DNA from: Candidatus Kaiserbacteria bacterium
GTDB lineage: Bacteria > Patescibacteriota > Minisyncoccia > Phycocordibacterales > UBA2100
DNA length: 50,122 bases
NCBI GenBank assembly: GCA_003164215.1
Contig: PLSR01000019.1
Span: forward strand, 1-50,122
Reading direction: 5' to 3'
Shown: piece by piece, positions 8,609 through 17,785 of the stretch
Layout of the letters: every line of letters starts with the position of its first letter
Numbering within the stretch: position 1 is the first letter of the stretch
Notes under the pieces: generated by a model
What the model saw: the letters and a program-made list of their open reading frames with translations, nothing else
What the model was told of the DNA's origin: nothing
Database searches by the model: none
Made by a program: the position numbers and the translations under genes

Positions 8609-9340
8609 CTACTGCACGTAGAAATTCGCGCGGACGGTGACGGTCACTTGTTTGTCTATGCTCGACGTATCGTATTGGCCGTAGTCTTCGACGTTGGTGG
8701 AATTGGGCGCGAGCACTTGCACGACGCCGGAAGAGGCAGTCTCCAAGGCGCCGACCGTGGATCCCCCGCTCTGTGCGATCGCGCTGGCGCGTGCTTTGGC
8801 GTCTTTGATCGCGGCACCGAGTAACGACACGCGCAGTTGCGGAAGCGTCGAGATGTAATATTGCGGCTGCTCGGGAGAAAGGTTCGCACCGTCCGAGAGA
8901 AGGGCATCGAGCGCGGTGATGTCGTGCGAAAGCGTGTCGATCTTGTGCACGTCGCTCGTGGAGATCGTGACCGAGTCGTTCACCGAATAGCCGGAGATGG
9001 TGCCGTCTTTGGAAGAATAGTTGCCTGATGAGGAAACCGTCGCGCTCGTGATACTGGTCGAGGCGAGCTTTTGGTTGGCCAGGTATTTCGCGATGATGTT
9101 CGCATCGCTCACGACTCGTGCCGAGACCGAGGCGACCTCGCCTGGGTAAGCGTTCTCGTTGATATCAATGGTCCACGAAGCGGTGTCGGCGGTCGCGGCA
9201 GTCGATGCCGAGCCTGTGACCGAGATCGTATTTCCTTGTCCGCGGGCTGATATCCCCCACCCGACGAACGCAAGACCCGCGAATAATGCGACTCCGAGAA
9301 GTACGGCCGGAGCGACGAGGGGCCGATCAAAGAATTTCAT
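8609..9340 (-). CDS. SIMPL (DUF541) domain protein
   Basis: TM segment, ISVTGSA, AIKDAKARASAIA, SIDKQVTVTV; TGcTATACT 6 nt before the ATG. Confidence 0.85.
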   Translation of the reverse strand: MKFFDRPLVAPAVLLGVALFAGLAFVGWGISARGQGNTISVTGSASTAATADTASWTIDINENAYPGEVASVSARVVSDANIIAKYLANQKLASTSITSATVSSSGNYSSKDGTISGYSVNDSVTISTSDVHKIDTLSHDITALDALLSDGANLSPEQPQYYISTLPQLRVSLLGAAIKDAKARASAIAQSGGSTVGALETASSGVVQVLAPNSTNVEDYGQYDTSSIDKQVTVTVRANFYVQ

Positions 9341-9397
9341 GCCGCCAGTATAGCATTGGGTTCTTGTAATTTTCATCGTGGGTACGCTAGAATGTAC

Positions 9398-9452
9398 GTA
9401 CTACGACGAAAAGGGCTCCGAACGGCTAACTACCTAAGGAGGCCTTTTCTTT
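9398..9452 (+). ncRNA. Putative NYN-associated hairpin RNA, copy 1
   Basis: TAGAAT -10 at 9388; GTACTACGACGAAAAGGGCTCC..GGAGGCCTTTTCTTT. Confidence 0.55.
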
Positions 9453-9496
9453 TATCACCCCCGGTTGACAGTCACTCCCAGCCTGCTACAATTCTG

Positions 9497-9549
9497 GTAT
9501 TACGACGGAAAAGGATCCGAAAGGTGTTGGTGCCTTAGGAGCCTTTTTC
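9497..9549 (+). ncRNA. Putative NYN-associated hairpin RNA, copy 2 (overlaps the NYN stop codon in antisense)
   Basis: TTGACA(9465)-16 bp-TACAAT(9487) with extended TG; GTATTACGACGGAAAAGGATCC..GGAGCCTTTTTC. Confidence 0.6.
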
Positions 9550-10074
9550 ATTTATGGCCCCTATGTAAGTTCTGAGATTCTCCAGATTATCGAAATATTC
9601 TGAGCCGATTTTCTTATACAAAGAAGATGCCCGCTTCCTGTCGGGAAATAACAGCTTCTTGAACCGCCCTTCTTCAATAAGAAAATCGACTAGATTTTTG
9701 TAATCACCATCACCCGACACGAGAACGATCTTCCCGAACGCTTCTCGTTTATATAACCGTTTCATTACCGAAAAGATAATGTCTGAATCGACATTCCCCT
9801 TTTTATTACCGATCATCGGTTCGCTATGTTGTCTGAATACCAGAATAAAACCCGCATTCTGGATCTTCTCATATAATTTCTCGGCGCTATCGGTATCTTG
9901 AACGTATCCCAAATGATAGAACGCTTTACTAACAGAGTATTTCTCCTTCAAGTAGATTCTGAATCGGTAGAGGTCGATCTCCCAGGGATTAAGATCCCGC
10001 TTCGCCGTACCCATATACAAATTTTGCCCATCGATAAAGGCGAAATTACCGACCCCGGTAGTGACCCCCGTCAT
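9535..10074 (-). CDS. NYN domain (LabA/DUF88, PIN-like) ribonuclease
   Basis: AFIDGQNL, KKGNVDSD, IVLVSGDGDY. Confidence 0.9.
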   Translation of the reverse strand: MTGVTTGVGNFAFIDGQNLYMGTAKRDLNPWEIDLYRFRIYLKEKYSVSKAFYHLGYVQDTDSAEKLYEKIQNAGFILVFRQHSEPMIGNKKGNVDSDIIFSVMKRLYKREAFGKIVLVSGDGDYKNLVDFLIEEGRFKKLLFPDRKRASSLYKKIGSEYFDNLENLRTYIGAINEKGS

Positions 10075-10098
10075 CGCACTATTGTAACACTGTCGTTA

Positions 10099-11763
10099 TT
10101 ACATTCTTTCTGGTGCGGGGATGGCGAGGATGGAAAGGCCGTTTTTGAGGGTATGCGAGAGGGCCTCGACGATCGCGACCTTGTGCGGTTCGTCTTTGGA
10201 CTGATCGAGGATTTGAACTTGTCCGTACCAGCTGTTGAATGCGCTCGCGACCTCGATCAAGTAGGTGGCGAGATGGTGCGGCTCATATTCGCGTGCGGCG
10301 CGGGCGACGATCTCCGGGAATCGGGCGAGCAGGCGCATGAGGTCCGTCGGCTCCGTTCCTGCATCGAAAGCGGGTTTGATATTGGCGACGTGTACCCTAT
10401 CGAGGATCGCATGTGTGCGCGCAAAGGTGTATTGCAGATAGGGTCCTGAATCGCCTTCCATCGAAAGCGCGCGTGCCGGATCGAAGATGATGTCCTTGCC
10501 TGCCGCTTGCTTCAGAATCTGATATTTGATCGCAGCAACGGCGATCTCTTGTGCCAACTTCTCGTGATCCTTGGCCCGGCTCTCGGCGGCGCGCGCCTTC
10601 GCCGCTTCGGTGAGCTCGGTGAGCAAGGATTCCCCGGTCACGACGTTGCCCTTACGGCTCGACATCTTCCCTTGCGCGAAACGCATCATGCCGTGCGTAA
10701 CGTGTTCGATCTTCGGTGCGATATCGGGCATGACGAATTCCATCACCTTCTTGATGACCTTAAAATAATCCATCTGCTCGCTCGCAGTGACCGTTATAGA
10801 AGTGTCGAAGGTGGCAGTGTCGGCCTTGAGCTTGGCGAGGCCGAGGTCTTTCGTCTCATACGTGGGCAATCCCAGGCCCGTGACGAAAACGCGCGTATGG
10901 AGGCCGTACTTCTCGCCGACGAATATAATGGCGCCTTCGCTTGGCGTAAATACTTCCGGGTGTGCGCGGACGATCTCCATGCCGATAGGCGCCGTCTCGC
11001 TCTCGAAGAAGTAATAATCGAATTTTGTGCCGAGGACCGTATAGATATCTTCGAAATGTGCGAGTGTGATCTCGCGGCCTTTGGCGTACATCTCATTAAC
11101 CTCAGGATCGGAGCGATCGTAGACCTTCTTGTTGATCTCGTTGATCGCAACCGCGATCTGGCCATCGGCTTCGTAGCGCGTCGAACCTTCGACATATGCG
11201 GAGGATATTTCTTCGATCGTGGGCTCGGTCGTGCCGCGCTCAAGAAGCACATAGAGCGCCTTCGCAACGTGCTGGCCGACATCGCCCTGGTAGTTGGCGC
11301 GCAGGACGGAGGCACCCGAGTGTTCGAGCAGACGCGTGATCGATTCGCCGATCGCGTTGCTCATGAGGTGACCGATATGAAATTGCTTGAAGGGATTTGG
11401 GTCGGTGTATTCGACCATGATGGTCTTCCCGACGAGCGCATCGCCCGTTCCCCACTTTTCATCCGTGCGGGCATGGTCGAGCCGCTCCACGATCGCGGCG
11501 GGAGATAATTTGAAATTGATGAAACCCGGGCCGGCGATGTCGACCTTCTCAACACCTTCGATCACACCGAGCGAGGCAACGATCGCTTCTGCAAGCTCAC
11601 GGGGATTCTTGCCCGATTGCTTCGCGAATTTCAAGGCGACGCCGGTCGCGTAGTCACCATGTGAGAGCTCGGCCGAGTGTTCGAGCGTTATGGTGCCTGA
11701 CGTGACGCCCAGCTCAGTAAGCGCCCGTTCGACGGCTTTTTCAATGCATCCCCGTACATCCAT
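10099..11763 (-). CDS. argS: Arginine--tRNA ligase
   Basis: HGDYAT, AGPGFINF, PNPFKQFHIGH, KMSSRKG, GDSGPYLQY; start set by TACAAT spacing (ORF extends to 11772). Confidence 0.97.
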   Translation of the reverse strand: MDVRGCIEKAVERALTELGVTSGTITLEHSAELSHGDYATGVALKFAKQSGKNPRELAEAIVASLGVIEGVEKVDIAGPGFINFKLSPAAIVERLDHARTDEKWGTGDALVGKTIMVEYTDPNPFKQFHIGHLMSNAIGESITRLLEHSGASVLRANYQGDVGQHVAKALYVLLERGTTEPTIEEISSAYVEGSTRYEADGQIAVAINEINKKVYDRSDPEVNEMYAKGREITLAHFEDIYTVLGTKFDYYFFESETAPIGMEIVRAHPEVFTPSEGAIIFVGEKYGLHTRVFVTGLGLPTYETKDLGLAKLKADTATFDTSITVTASEQMDYFKVIKKVMEFVMPDIAPKIEHVTHGMMRFAQGKMSSRKGNVVTGESLLTELTEAAKARAAESRAKDHEKLAQEIAVAAIKYQILKQAAGKDIIFDPARALSMEGDSGPYLQYTFARTHAILDRVHVANIKPAFDAGTEPTDLMRLLARFPEIVARAAREYEPHHLATYLIEVASAFNSWYGQVQILDQSKDEPHKVAIVEALSHTLKNGLSILAIPAPERM

Positions 11764-11869
11764 GAACGGCATTGTAGCAGGGAGTTATCCCCTTTGCTTG
11801 TGGCTTGACGGTGCGGGATACGGGCGTATGGTGGGAGTAGGAACGAAGGCATTGCGTCTTCTGTCCATT

Positions 11870-11934
11870 TACATCGACTAAGCGTCGATGTACTGGGGCT
11901 TACTAAATTCATCTTTGATGAATTTAGTAAGCCC
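11870..11934. repeat. Two adjacent hairpins (9-bp and perfect 18-bp arms)
   Basis: TACATCGAC/GTCGATGTA; GGGCTTACTAAATTCATC-TTT-GATGAATTTAGTAAGCCC. Confidence 0.8.
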
Positions 11935-11949
11935 TTTTCCATTTGGATT

Positions 11950-11990
11950 AAAACAAAAAGCGCCCGATGGGCGTCTTTTCTTTTTTGTTT
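11950..11990. terminator. Probable bidirectional intrinsic terminator after rplK
   Basis: CGCCC-GAT-GGGCG flanked by A- and T-tracts. Confidence 0.6.
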
Positions 11991-12001
11991 GCGTTTGGAA
12001 A

Positions 12002-12421
12002 TTATTCCGTATCTATCCCCATCGATCTTGCCGTACCCGCAATGATGCGCTTGGCGTGATCGAGGTCGTTGGCGTTGAGGTCCTCCATCTTTTCTTTGGC
12101 GACATTCTCAAGCTGGGCCTTGGTCATTTTGGCGACTTTGTTCTGCGCCTTCTCGGAACCCTTCTCCTTGCCGACGGCTTTGAGAATGAGGCGAGAGGCC
12201 GGCGGCTTCTTGACGATGAAATCGAAGGTGCGGTCGGAGTAGACCTTCATAACGACCGGCAGGATCGAGCCCATCAAGGGGCGCGTCTGGTTGTTGAATT
12301 GATTGACGAATTCGCCGATATTCACGCCCGCAGGGCCCAGCGCAGTGCCCACCGGCGGAGCTGGCGTCGCTTTGCCGGCTTCGATCTGCAATTTGATGAT
12401 CTTTGTTACTTGTTTAGCCAT
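12002..12421 (-). CDS. rplK: 50S ribosomal protein L11
   Basis: [25 protein letters not shown]. Confidence 0.98.
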   Translation of the reverse strand: MAKQVTKIIKLQIEAGKATPAPPVGTALGPAGVNIGEFVNQFNNQTRPLMGSILPVVMKVYSDRTFDFIVKKPPASRLILKAVGKEKGSEKAQNKVAKMTKAQLENVAKEKMEDLNANDLDHAKRIIAGTARSMGIDTE

Positions 12422-12506
12422 GTGGGGAGACTATACCCTTTTACTCGCCAGAATTCAAGCTCCGCGCCATTTGGCGGTCCAGGGAACCTTTCGCGAGAGC
12501 CGGCGG

Positions 12507-12833
12507 CTACGAAAGCAGCAGCCAGAGCGCGAAGATCGCGAGCACAATACCGATGATCTGCCGAGGCGAAAGCACTTCGTGGAAAACGACAAGGCCGAGG
12601 AAGAGCGTCGTCGAAACGGCGACAAGATCCCAGGCGATGCCGATCGTTGAGAGTTGATCGCGGTACAAAAGTGCCGGAAGCCAGATGAGCGATGAGACGG
12701 CGTACGCGAGAACGGCTAAAGCAGCCATCGTCCACGTCGGTGCGAGTCCCCAGAGTTTCGAAAGATATTCGCCGAGCGCTTGGAAAACGCCCGACGCCAG
12801 GAGTGCCGCGATCGCCCCGCCAAGTCCTACCAT
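12507..12833 (-). CDS. SMR/EamA-like small membrane protein
   Basis: 108 aa with four hydrophobic segments; GLVVFHEVLSPRQIIGIVL. Confidence 0.7.
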   Translation of the reverse strand: MVGLGGAIAALLASGVFQALGEYLSKLWGLAPTWTMAALAVLAYAVSSLIWLPALLYRDQLSTIGIAWDLVAVSTTLFLGLVVFHEVLSPRQIIGIVLAIFALWLLLS

Positions 12834-12856
12834 GCGGGATATCGTAGCATGAGAAT

Positions 12857-12901
12857 AAACAAAGGTCGGTCCTTTGTACGAAACAAAGAACCGACCTTTG
12901 T
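12857..12901 (-). terminator. Terminator after nusG
   Basis: ACAAAGGTCGGT/ACCGACCTTTGT inverted repeat. Confidence 0.6.
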
Positions 12902-12917
12902 ACGATTTATTTTAAAT

Positions 12918-13463
12918 TTATACGCGCTGGACCTGATCGGCTTCGAGCTCGACCGGCGTCTCGCGGCCGAACATCGGTACGAGCACTTTGACCTTGCCGC
13001 GCTCTTCGTCGATCTCCCCTACCTTGCCTTCGAGATCCTTAAACGGTCCGTCGATGATGATGACTGCATCGTCCAAAGCGAGATCGATAGCGTGGCGTAC
13101 GACGTCGCCGCCGACGCGCTTCAAGATCTTGTCCACTTCGTCCTGTTCAAGCGGAACCGCCTGATTGGCCGTACCGACGAAGCCGGTGACCTGCGGTGTG
13201 TTGCGGACGACGCTCCAGGCGTCATCGGTCGCGATCATGTCGACGAGGACGTAGCCCGGGAAGGTCTTTTCCTTCATTTCGGTACGGCGGCCGTTCTTGA
13301 TCTTGATCTTCTTTTCGGTCGGGACGACGACGTTGAAGATCTGCTCGCTCATACCGAACGATTCGATGCGCGTCTTCAAGTTGCGGGCGACCGCGTCCTC
13401 ATAGCCCGAGTAGGTGTGGATCGCGTACCACTTGCGCTCCCCTCCGTGTGTTTGTTTTGCCAT
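12918..13463 (-). CDS. nusG: Transcription termination/antitermination factor NusG
   Basis: WYAIHTYSGYE, FPGYVLV, VRNTPQVTGF, KOW, FGRETPVEL. Confidence 0.98.
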   Translation of the reverse strand: MAKQTHGGERKWYAIHTYSGYEDAVARNLKTRIESFGMSEQIFNVVVPTEKKIKIKNGRRTEMKEKTFPGYVLVDMIATDDAWSVVRNTPQVTGFVGTANQAVPLEQDEVDKILKRVGGDVVRHAIDLALDDAVIIIDGPFKDLEGKVGEIDEERGKVKVLVPMFGRETPVELEADQVQRV

Positions 13464-13464
13464 A

Positions 13465-13809
13465 TTATTTTGTGGGGGTCTTAACGGGCGTCGGTGTGGT
13501 CGGTGTGACCTGTGTGGTGAACGGCAAGGTCGGCGCGGTATTCGTAGTGGCCGGCGTCGGCGTGGTCTGCGCCTGTTGCGCCGGGGTGACCGGAATCGTT
13601 TGTGCGCTCGGAGCGGAGACCGGAAGATTCGTCACCAACTGCGAAAGTCCTGTGGTGAAAAGAAAGTCGAAGAACCCCAGGTAAGCGGCGGTGCCGAGTG
13701 AAATGCCGGCGACCAAGAGCGTGTAGACGATCGTCTGCGTCTGCGTCGGCCACGCGACGTGCCGTAATTCGGCGCGCGTGTCCTTCAAATATTGCATGAG
13801 GCCTCCCAT
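13465..13809 (-). CDS. secE: Preprotein translocase SecE with Pro/Thr-rich tail
   Basis: ELRHVAWPT plus TM segment; upstream of nusG. Confidence 0.92.
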   Translation of the reverse strand: MGGLMQYLKDTRAELRHVAWPTQTQTIVYTLLVAGISLGTAAYLGFFDFLFTTGLSQLVTNLPVSAPSAQTIPVTPAQQAQTTPTPATTNTAPTLPFTTQVTPTTPTPVKTPTK

Positions 13810-13904
13810 AATGTTTCTTTTATTTTAGCGCCAATTTAGGCATTTTTAAAACCCCTCGCGGGGCTTAAAGAAATAGTAATCCAATTTCGGAGGAAGTCAA
13901 GGGC

Positions 13905-13933
13905 GCGGCACCCGCCCCTGGGGCGGGTGCCGC
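13905..13933. terminator. GC-rich hairpin after the SIMPL gene
   Basis: GCGGCACCCGCCC/GGGCGGGTGCCGC. Confidence 0.5.
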
Positions 13934-13944
13934 ACTCACATTCA

Positions 13945-14760
13945 CTATCGAATTTCGTACGTCACCGAAACGTCCGAGGTGATCGTGTTCTGGCCAACCG
14001 GGATCTGCGGCGCGACGGCAGCCGCACTCTCGGCGCCGCCGCTTTCCGCCGCGTACATCGGCATCGGTACGACGCCACCCGAATTTTCGCTGAAGCCAGT
14101 GACGCGAATGAGCGAAACTCCTAAAGCCCCCGCGAGTTCCTTCGCTTTCGATTGCGCATCTGCAATCGCCTTGTCGCGCGCCTGCGCATCAAGCGCATCC
14201 TGACTCGCGACGGTGAAGGTAAGGCCGCTTACATCTGAGACGCCGCGTGATCCGACTCCCGCGAGCAGATCGCCTGCCTTGGTGATGTCGGTCACTTTTA
14301 CGCTCACCGTCTGCGTGACCTCATAGCCGCTGATGGTCTGCTTCTGCGGCGGGCAGTAACCATTATTGGCACAGATCTGTGAACTGTATTCATACTGCGG
14401 ATTGACGTTGTAGTCGGTCGTCTGAATGTCGGTATCGGCGATGCCCTGGGATTTTAGATAATCGATGACCGCGTTGCCGGCGGTCGTCGCCTTCGTTTGG
14501 GCCGTTGCGACGTCAGCTGCGGTCTCGTCAACCGTGAAGGTGAAGGTCGCAGTGTCGGGAATCGCAGTCACCTTGCCCTCGCCAGTCACGGTAATCGTAT
14601 CGGCCGGCTGAATGCCCGCCCCGATGTAGTTGTACGAGCGAAGCTCACTGATCGTGCCCACCAGGAGAAAGAGCGCGAGCATGCCCAAGGCGAGCGCGCC
14701 CATTTTGCGCACACTGCGCGAGGCGTTGATAATCTTCTGCACTGATGATTGATCGTCCAT
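13945..14760 (-). CDS. SIMPL (DUF541/YggE-like) protein
   Basis: ITVTGEGKVTAIPDTA, AIADAQSKAKELA, VSVTYEI. Confidence 0.9.
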   Translation of the reverse strand: MDDQSSVQKIINASRSVRKMGALALGMLALFLLVGTISELRSYNYIGAGIQPADTITVTGEGKVTAIPDTATFTFTVDETAADVATAQTKATTAGNAVIDYLKSQGIADTDIQTTDYNVNPQYEYSSQICANNGYCPPQKQTISGYEVTQTVSVKVTDITKAGDLLAGVGSRGVSDVSGLTFTVASQDALDAQARDKAIADAQSKAKELAGALGVSLIRVTGFSENSGGVVPMPMYAAESGGAESAAAVAPQIPVGQNTITSDVSVTYEIR

Positions 14761-14820
14761 ATGATTTTCTTTAAAATTTGACCCGTCCGGGACCTTTTAC
14801 CCTTTAATAATGTAATTGTA

Positions 14821-15546
14821 TCATGCCCTAAACTTGTGCGATCTGAGGGAGATGGGCTCGTCCATCGAGAATCGAGCATGTGATCGCGGAAAGAGATAGA
14901 GCGCTATATGATAGATCGCGAACGTGATGAAGAACGCCGCGAAGACGTCGATCGAGTAGTGGAGGTGCCCCAGAAGCACGACGACACCGAAAAATACCGA
15001 CCAGGCGAGAAAAATGTATCGGAGATATTTCTCGCGCCAGTAGACGAGGGCCATCAGGAAGGGCGAGCCCGTGTGGCCCGAGAAGAAGTAATCATCGCCG
15101 AAGAACATGCGTTGCACGGTCGCACCGAAATCTATCCCCGTCTGCGGAGTGAAGGGACCAAGGTGCGTCATAGTGACGAACGCGGCACGGATGACGAAGA
15201 AGAGCGCGAGCGAATAGAGCGTGAACGGGATGCGTTTCGGATATGCGAGGATGATGATCGCAATGAACACGATGAGGCAGATCGCGCCGTACACATAGAT
15301 CCCGTCGACATCGAAGGCCGGTGTATTGGAAAGAATGAGATCGGTAACTGGATTGCTCGCGCGATCAGTCGCGAACACGATCGCGTATGAACTTATGACA
15401 AGACTCAGGAGGAACGCGCCCAATGACAGAAAAACTGACAGGAGGTAGCGGGGCTCGGCGTACGCGGCATGATAACGGCGTCTCAGCAATGCAAAAATAC
15501 CGGTCTTCTCCGGGCGTATCGAGCTACCAACGCCTGCCGGTGGCAT
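14821..15546 (-). CDS. PAP2/sphingomyelin-synthase-like membrane protein
   Basis: DYFFSGHT and GHLHYSIDV motifs; multiple TM segments. Confidence 0.8.
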   Translation of the reverse strand: MPPAGVGSSIRPEKTGIFALLRRRYHAAYAEPRYLLSVFLSLGAFLLSLVISSYAIVFATDRASNPVTDLILSNTPAFDVDGIYVYGAICLIVFIAIIILAYPKRIPFTLYSLALFFVIRAAFVTMTHLGPFTPQTGIDFGATVQRMFFGDDYFFSGHTGSPFLMALVYWREKYLRYIFLAWSVFFGVVVLLGHLHYSIDVFAAFFITFAIYHIALYLFPRSHARFSMDEPISLRSHKFRA

Positions 15547-15619
15547 ACAGGGTCAGTATACTCCCGCACAAGGGGTAAGCCACATACAAACTTCATGATG
15601 GTCGTGGTATCGTGGGCGT

Positions 15620-16312
15620 ATGGAAATAAAAAACAAGATCGCGATCGTGACGGGCGCATCCTCCGGCATCGGTCGTGCGCTCTCACATGAGCTTACCAAG
15701 CGCGGCGCGACCGTCGTACTTGCGGCGCGCTCCAGCGATACACTTTCCGCGCTCTCGGCGGAACTGCCGGGATCATTTGCGGTACCGACCGATATGACGA
15801 AGCTTGCCGATATACAGAATCTCATCGCACAAACGCAAAAGAAATTCGGACGCGTCGATCTTCTCGTCAATAACGCAGGGCAAGGCATGCGATCGGCCGT
15901 CGAGGACATCAAGATGGACGATTATCGGGCGATCATGGAGCTCAATGTCTTTGGCATCGTCGAGGCGATGCAGGCTGTCATACCGACGATGCGCGCACAA
16001 GGCAGCGGCATGATATTGAACATCAGCTCAATGGTATCGAAGAATTACTATCCCCTGCTTGCCGCGTATTCATCCACCAAATTCGCCCTGAATTCCATTT
16101 CGCTCACCGCGCGCCAGGAGCTCGCCGACGACAAAATAATCGTGAGCGTCTTCCATCCCAAAATGACCGCGACCGATTTCGGCAAGAACTCGCGCGGAGA
16201 AAAATACTCATCGTCGGCCGGTCGCCCCGGCATGACGGTTGATACTCCTGAAGAAGTCGCGCTACATATCGCGGATCAAATCGAGTCCGAAGACGCGGAG
16301 GCGAATATGTAA
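15620..16312 (+). CDS. SDR-family oxidoreductase
   Basis: TGASSGIG, NNAG, YSSTK. Confidence 0.95.
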   Translation: MEIKNKIAIVTGASSGIGRALSHELTKRGATVVLAARSSDTLSALSAELPGSFAVPTDMTKLADIQNLIAQTQKKFGRVDLLVNNAGQGMRSAVEDIKMDDYRAIMELNVFGIVEAMQAVIPTMRAQGSGMILNISSMVSKNYYPLLAAYSSTKFALNSISLTARQELADDKIIVSVFHPKMTATDFGKNSRGEKYSSSAGRPGMTVDTPEEVALHIADQIESEDAEANM

Positions 16313-16330
16313 CGAAGGCGGCGGCACTGG

Positions 16331-16447
16331 GGCGTATCCCATAGGTATGTGTTCGACGGGGTCTTTGCAGCGCGACTGGCGCGAAACAGAGGGATTTTCC
16401 AGTAGGAAAATCCCGACCCCGACGAATACATACCTATGGGATACGCC
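16331..16447 (+). repeat. Long inverted-repeat element enclosing the conserved GWC-loop and CAGYAG-loop hairpins
   Basis: About 33-bp arms GGCGTATCCCATAGGTATG.. / ..CATACCTATGGGATACGCC; internal GGGATTTTCCAGTAGGAAAATCCC. Confidence 0.85.
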
Positions 16448-16471
16448 GGCACACCATCCCCATCTCCCCTC

Positions 16472-16517
16472 TTGACGCGATAGCTGGCAGCATATATCAT
16501 TCAACTATATGGTTGAA
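16472..16517 (+). promoter_or_regulatory. Promoter and putative ArsR operator
   Basis: TTGACG-17 bp-TATCAT; TTCAAC-N6-GTTGAA spanning the start codon. Confidence 0.7.
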
Positions 16518-16832
16518 CATTGTTCGCCACTCGATTCGATATTTAGTTCGCTCGCTGATCCGACGCGCCGCGACATTCTGCGACGCGTGAGTCGTCACGA
16601 GCTCTCCATCAATGAGGTCGCCGCTCCCTACGACCTCACGCTCGCCGCGATCTCCAAGCACCTGATGGTGCTGGAACACGCGAAACTCATCAGTAAGCGT
16701 CGCGCCGGCAAGCAACACTTCATAGCGATCTCCCCGCCCGCCTTCAAGCAGGCTTCACAATTCTTACGCCATTATCAGGAAGTGTGGGAAGAGCGTTTGG
16801 ATCGTTTACAAGATCTTTTAGCAAAAAAATAA
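16509..16832 (+). CDS. ArsR-family regulator
   Basis: FSSLADPTRRDIL..AISKHLMVLEHAKLI. Confidence 0.9.
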   Translation: MVEHCSPLDSIFSSLADPTRRDILRRVSRHELSINEVAAPYDLTLAAISKHLMVLEHAKLISKRRAGKQHFIAISPPAFKQASQFLRHYQEVWEERLDRLQDLLAKK

Positions 16833-16833
16833 T

Positions 16834-17295
16834 ATGGATGACGAGAATGTATTGACCATACATCGCACACTCGCTGCCTCGCGTGATCGGGTATGGCGCG
16901 CATGCACCGAGCCCTCGACGCTCGCGAAATGGTGGGGCCTGCCAAAAGGTGCCTCGATGCCGGTCGTCGAAGTCGATCTGTGTGTTGGAGGATCATTTCA
17001 CTTCAAAGTTGATCTACCAGACGGAACTTCGCTCTGGTTCAAAAGCATCTATCGAGAAATCGTTGACGGACAGAAGCTCATACTTGAAAGTCACCTTTCG
17101 GACGAGAACGGAAACATCGTCGATACCGCAGATATGCCAGTATCAATGATCACGCTGCTCTTCGAAGATTCGGGCGCTCGAACCGAGCTCACGGTCATTC
17201 ACGAAGGTATGACTTCTGCGGCGCATCAGATCGATCAATACAAAGAAGGGTGGTCACAATCTCTCGACCGACTTACGGGTAGTCTTATTAATTAG
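16834..17295 (+). CDS. SRPBCC/AHSA1 domain protein
   Basis: VWRACTEP..KWWG, EVDLCVGG, EGWSQSLDRL. Confidence 0.9.
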   Translation: MDDENVLTIHRTLAASRDRVWRACTEPSTLAKWWGLPKGASMPVVEVDLCVGGSFHFKVDLPDGTSLWFKSIYREIVDGQKLILESHLSDENGNIVDTADMPVSMITLLFEDSGARTELTVIHEGMTSAAHQIDQYKEGWSQSLDRLTGSLIN

Positions 17296-17305
17296 CAATT
17301 AACAT

Positions 17306-17782
17306 ATGAGCGAAAAAGAATTAACGCTAACTCGCACATACGATGCCCCGATCGAAAAAGTCTGGCAGGCGTGGACGGAACCAAAAAAATTAATGCAGTG
17401 GTGGGGGCCGAATGATGTCTCGATCCCGGAGTGCGAAGTTGACCTGCGCGTCGGCGGAATGTTTTACATCGTGATGGAAGCCGGAGAAGCAATGGGTCAA
17501 TACAAAGGGACGAAGTGGCCAATGCGGGCAGAATTTACTGTGGTCGAGCCTCATACGAAGCTCGCCTATCACGCCAAAGCATGGACCGAAGGGGCATCGA
17601 AAGAGGACACCATGATCGATCAGACCACCGAGATAACATTCGCGGAGGAGAACGGCAAAACGAAAGTCGAGGTCAAAGCGGCCATACTTTCTACCGGTCC
17701 GATGGCCGGAATGGCCGTCCAAGGTATGGAATATGGTTTCAATCAACAGCTTGATAAGCTCGCTGCATTCATTACAAAGTAA
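17306..17782 (+). CDS. SRPBCC/AHSA1 domain protein
   Basis: TRTYDAPIEKVWQAWTEP..WWGP, DLRVGG. Confidence 0.9.
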   Translation: MSEKELTLTRTYDAPIEKVWQAWTEPKKLMQWWGPNDVSIPECEVDLRVGGMFYIVMEAGEAMGQYKGTKWPMRAEFTVVEPHTKLAYHAKAWTEGASKEDTMIDQTTEITFAEENGKTKVEVKAAILSTGPMAGMAVQGMEYGFNQQLDKLAAFITK

Positions 17783-17785
17783 TTA

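Noticed and set aside
10507-11508. Long plus-strand ORFs opposite argS (and similar shadows over nusG, rplK and the ABC genes)
   Set aside because: Antisense shadows of conserved GC-rich genes with no recognisable domains
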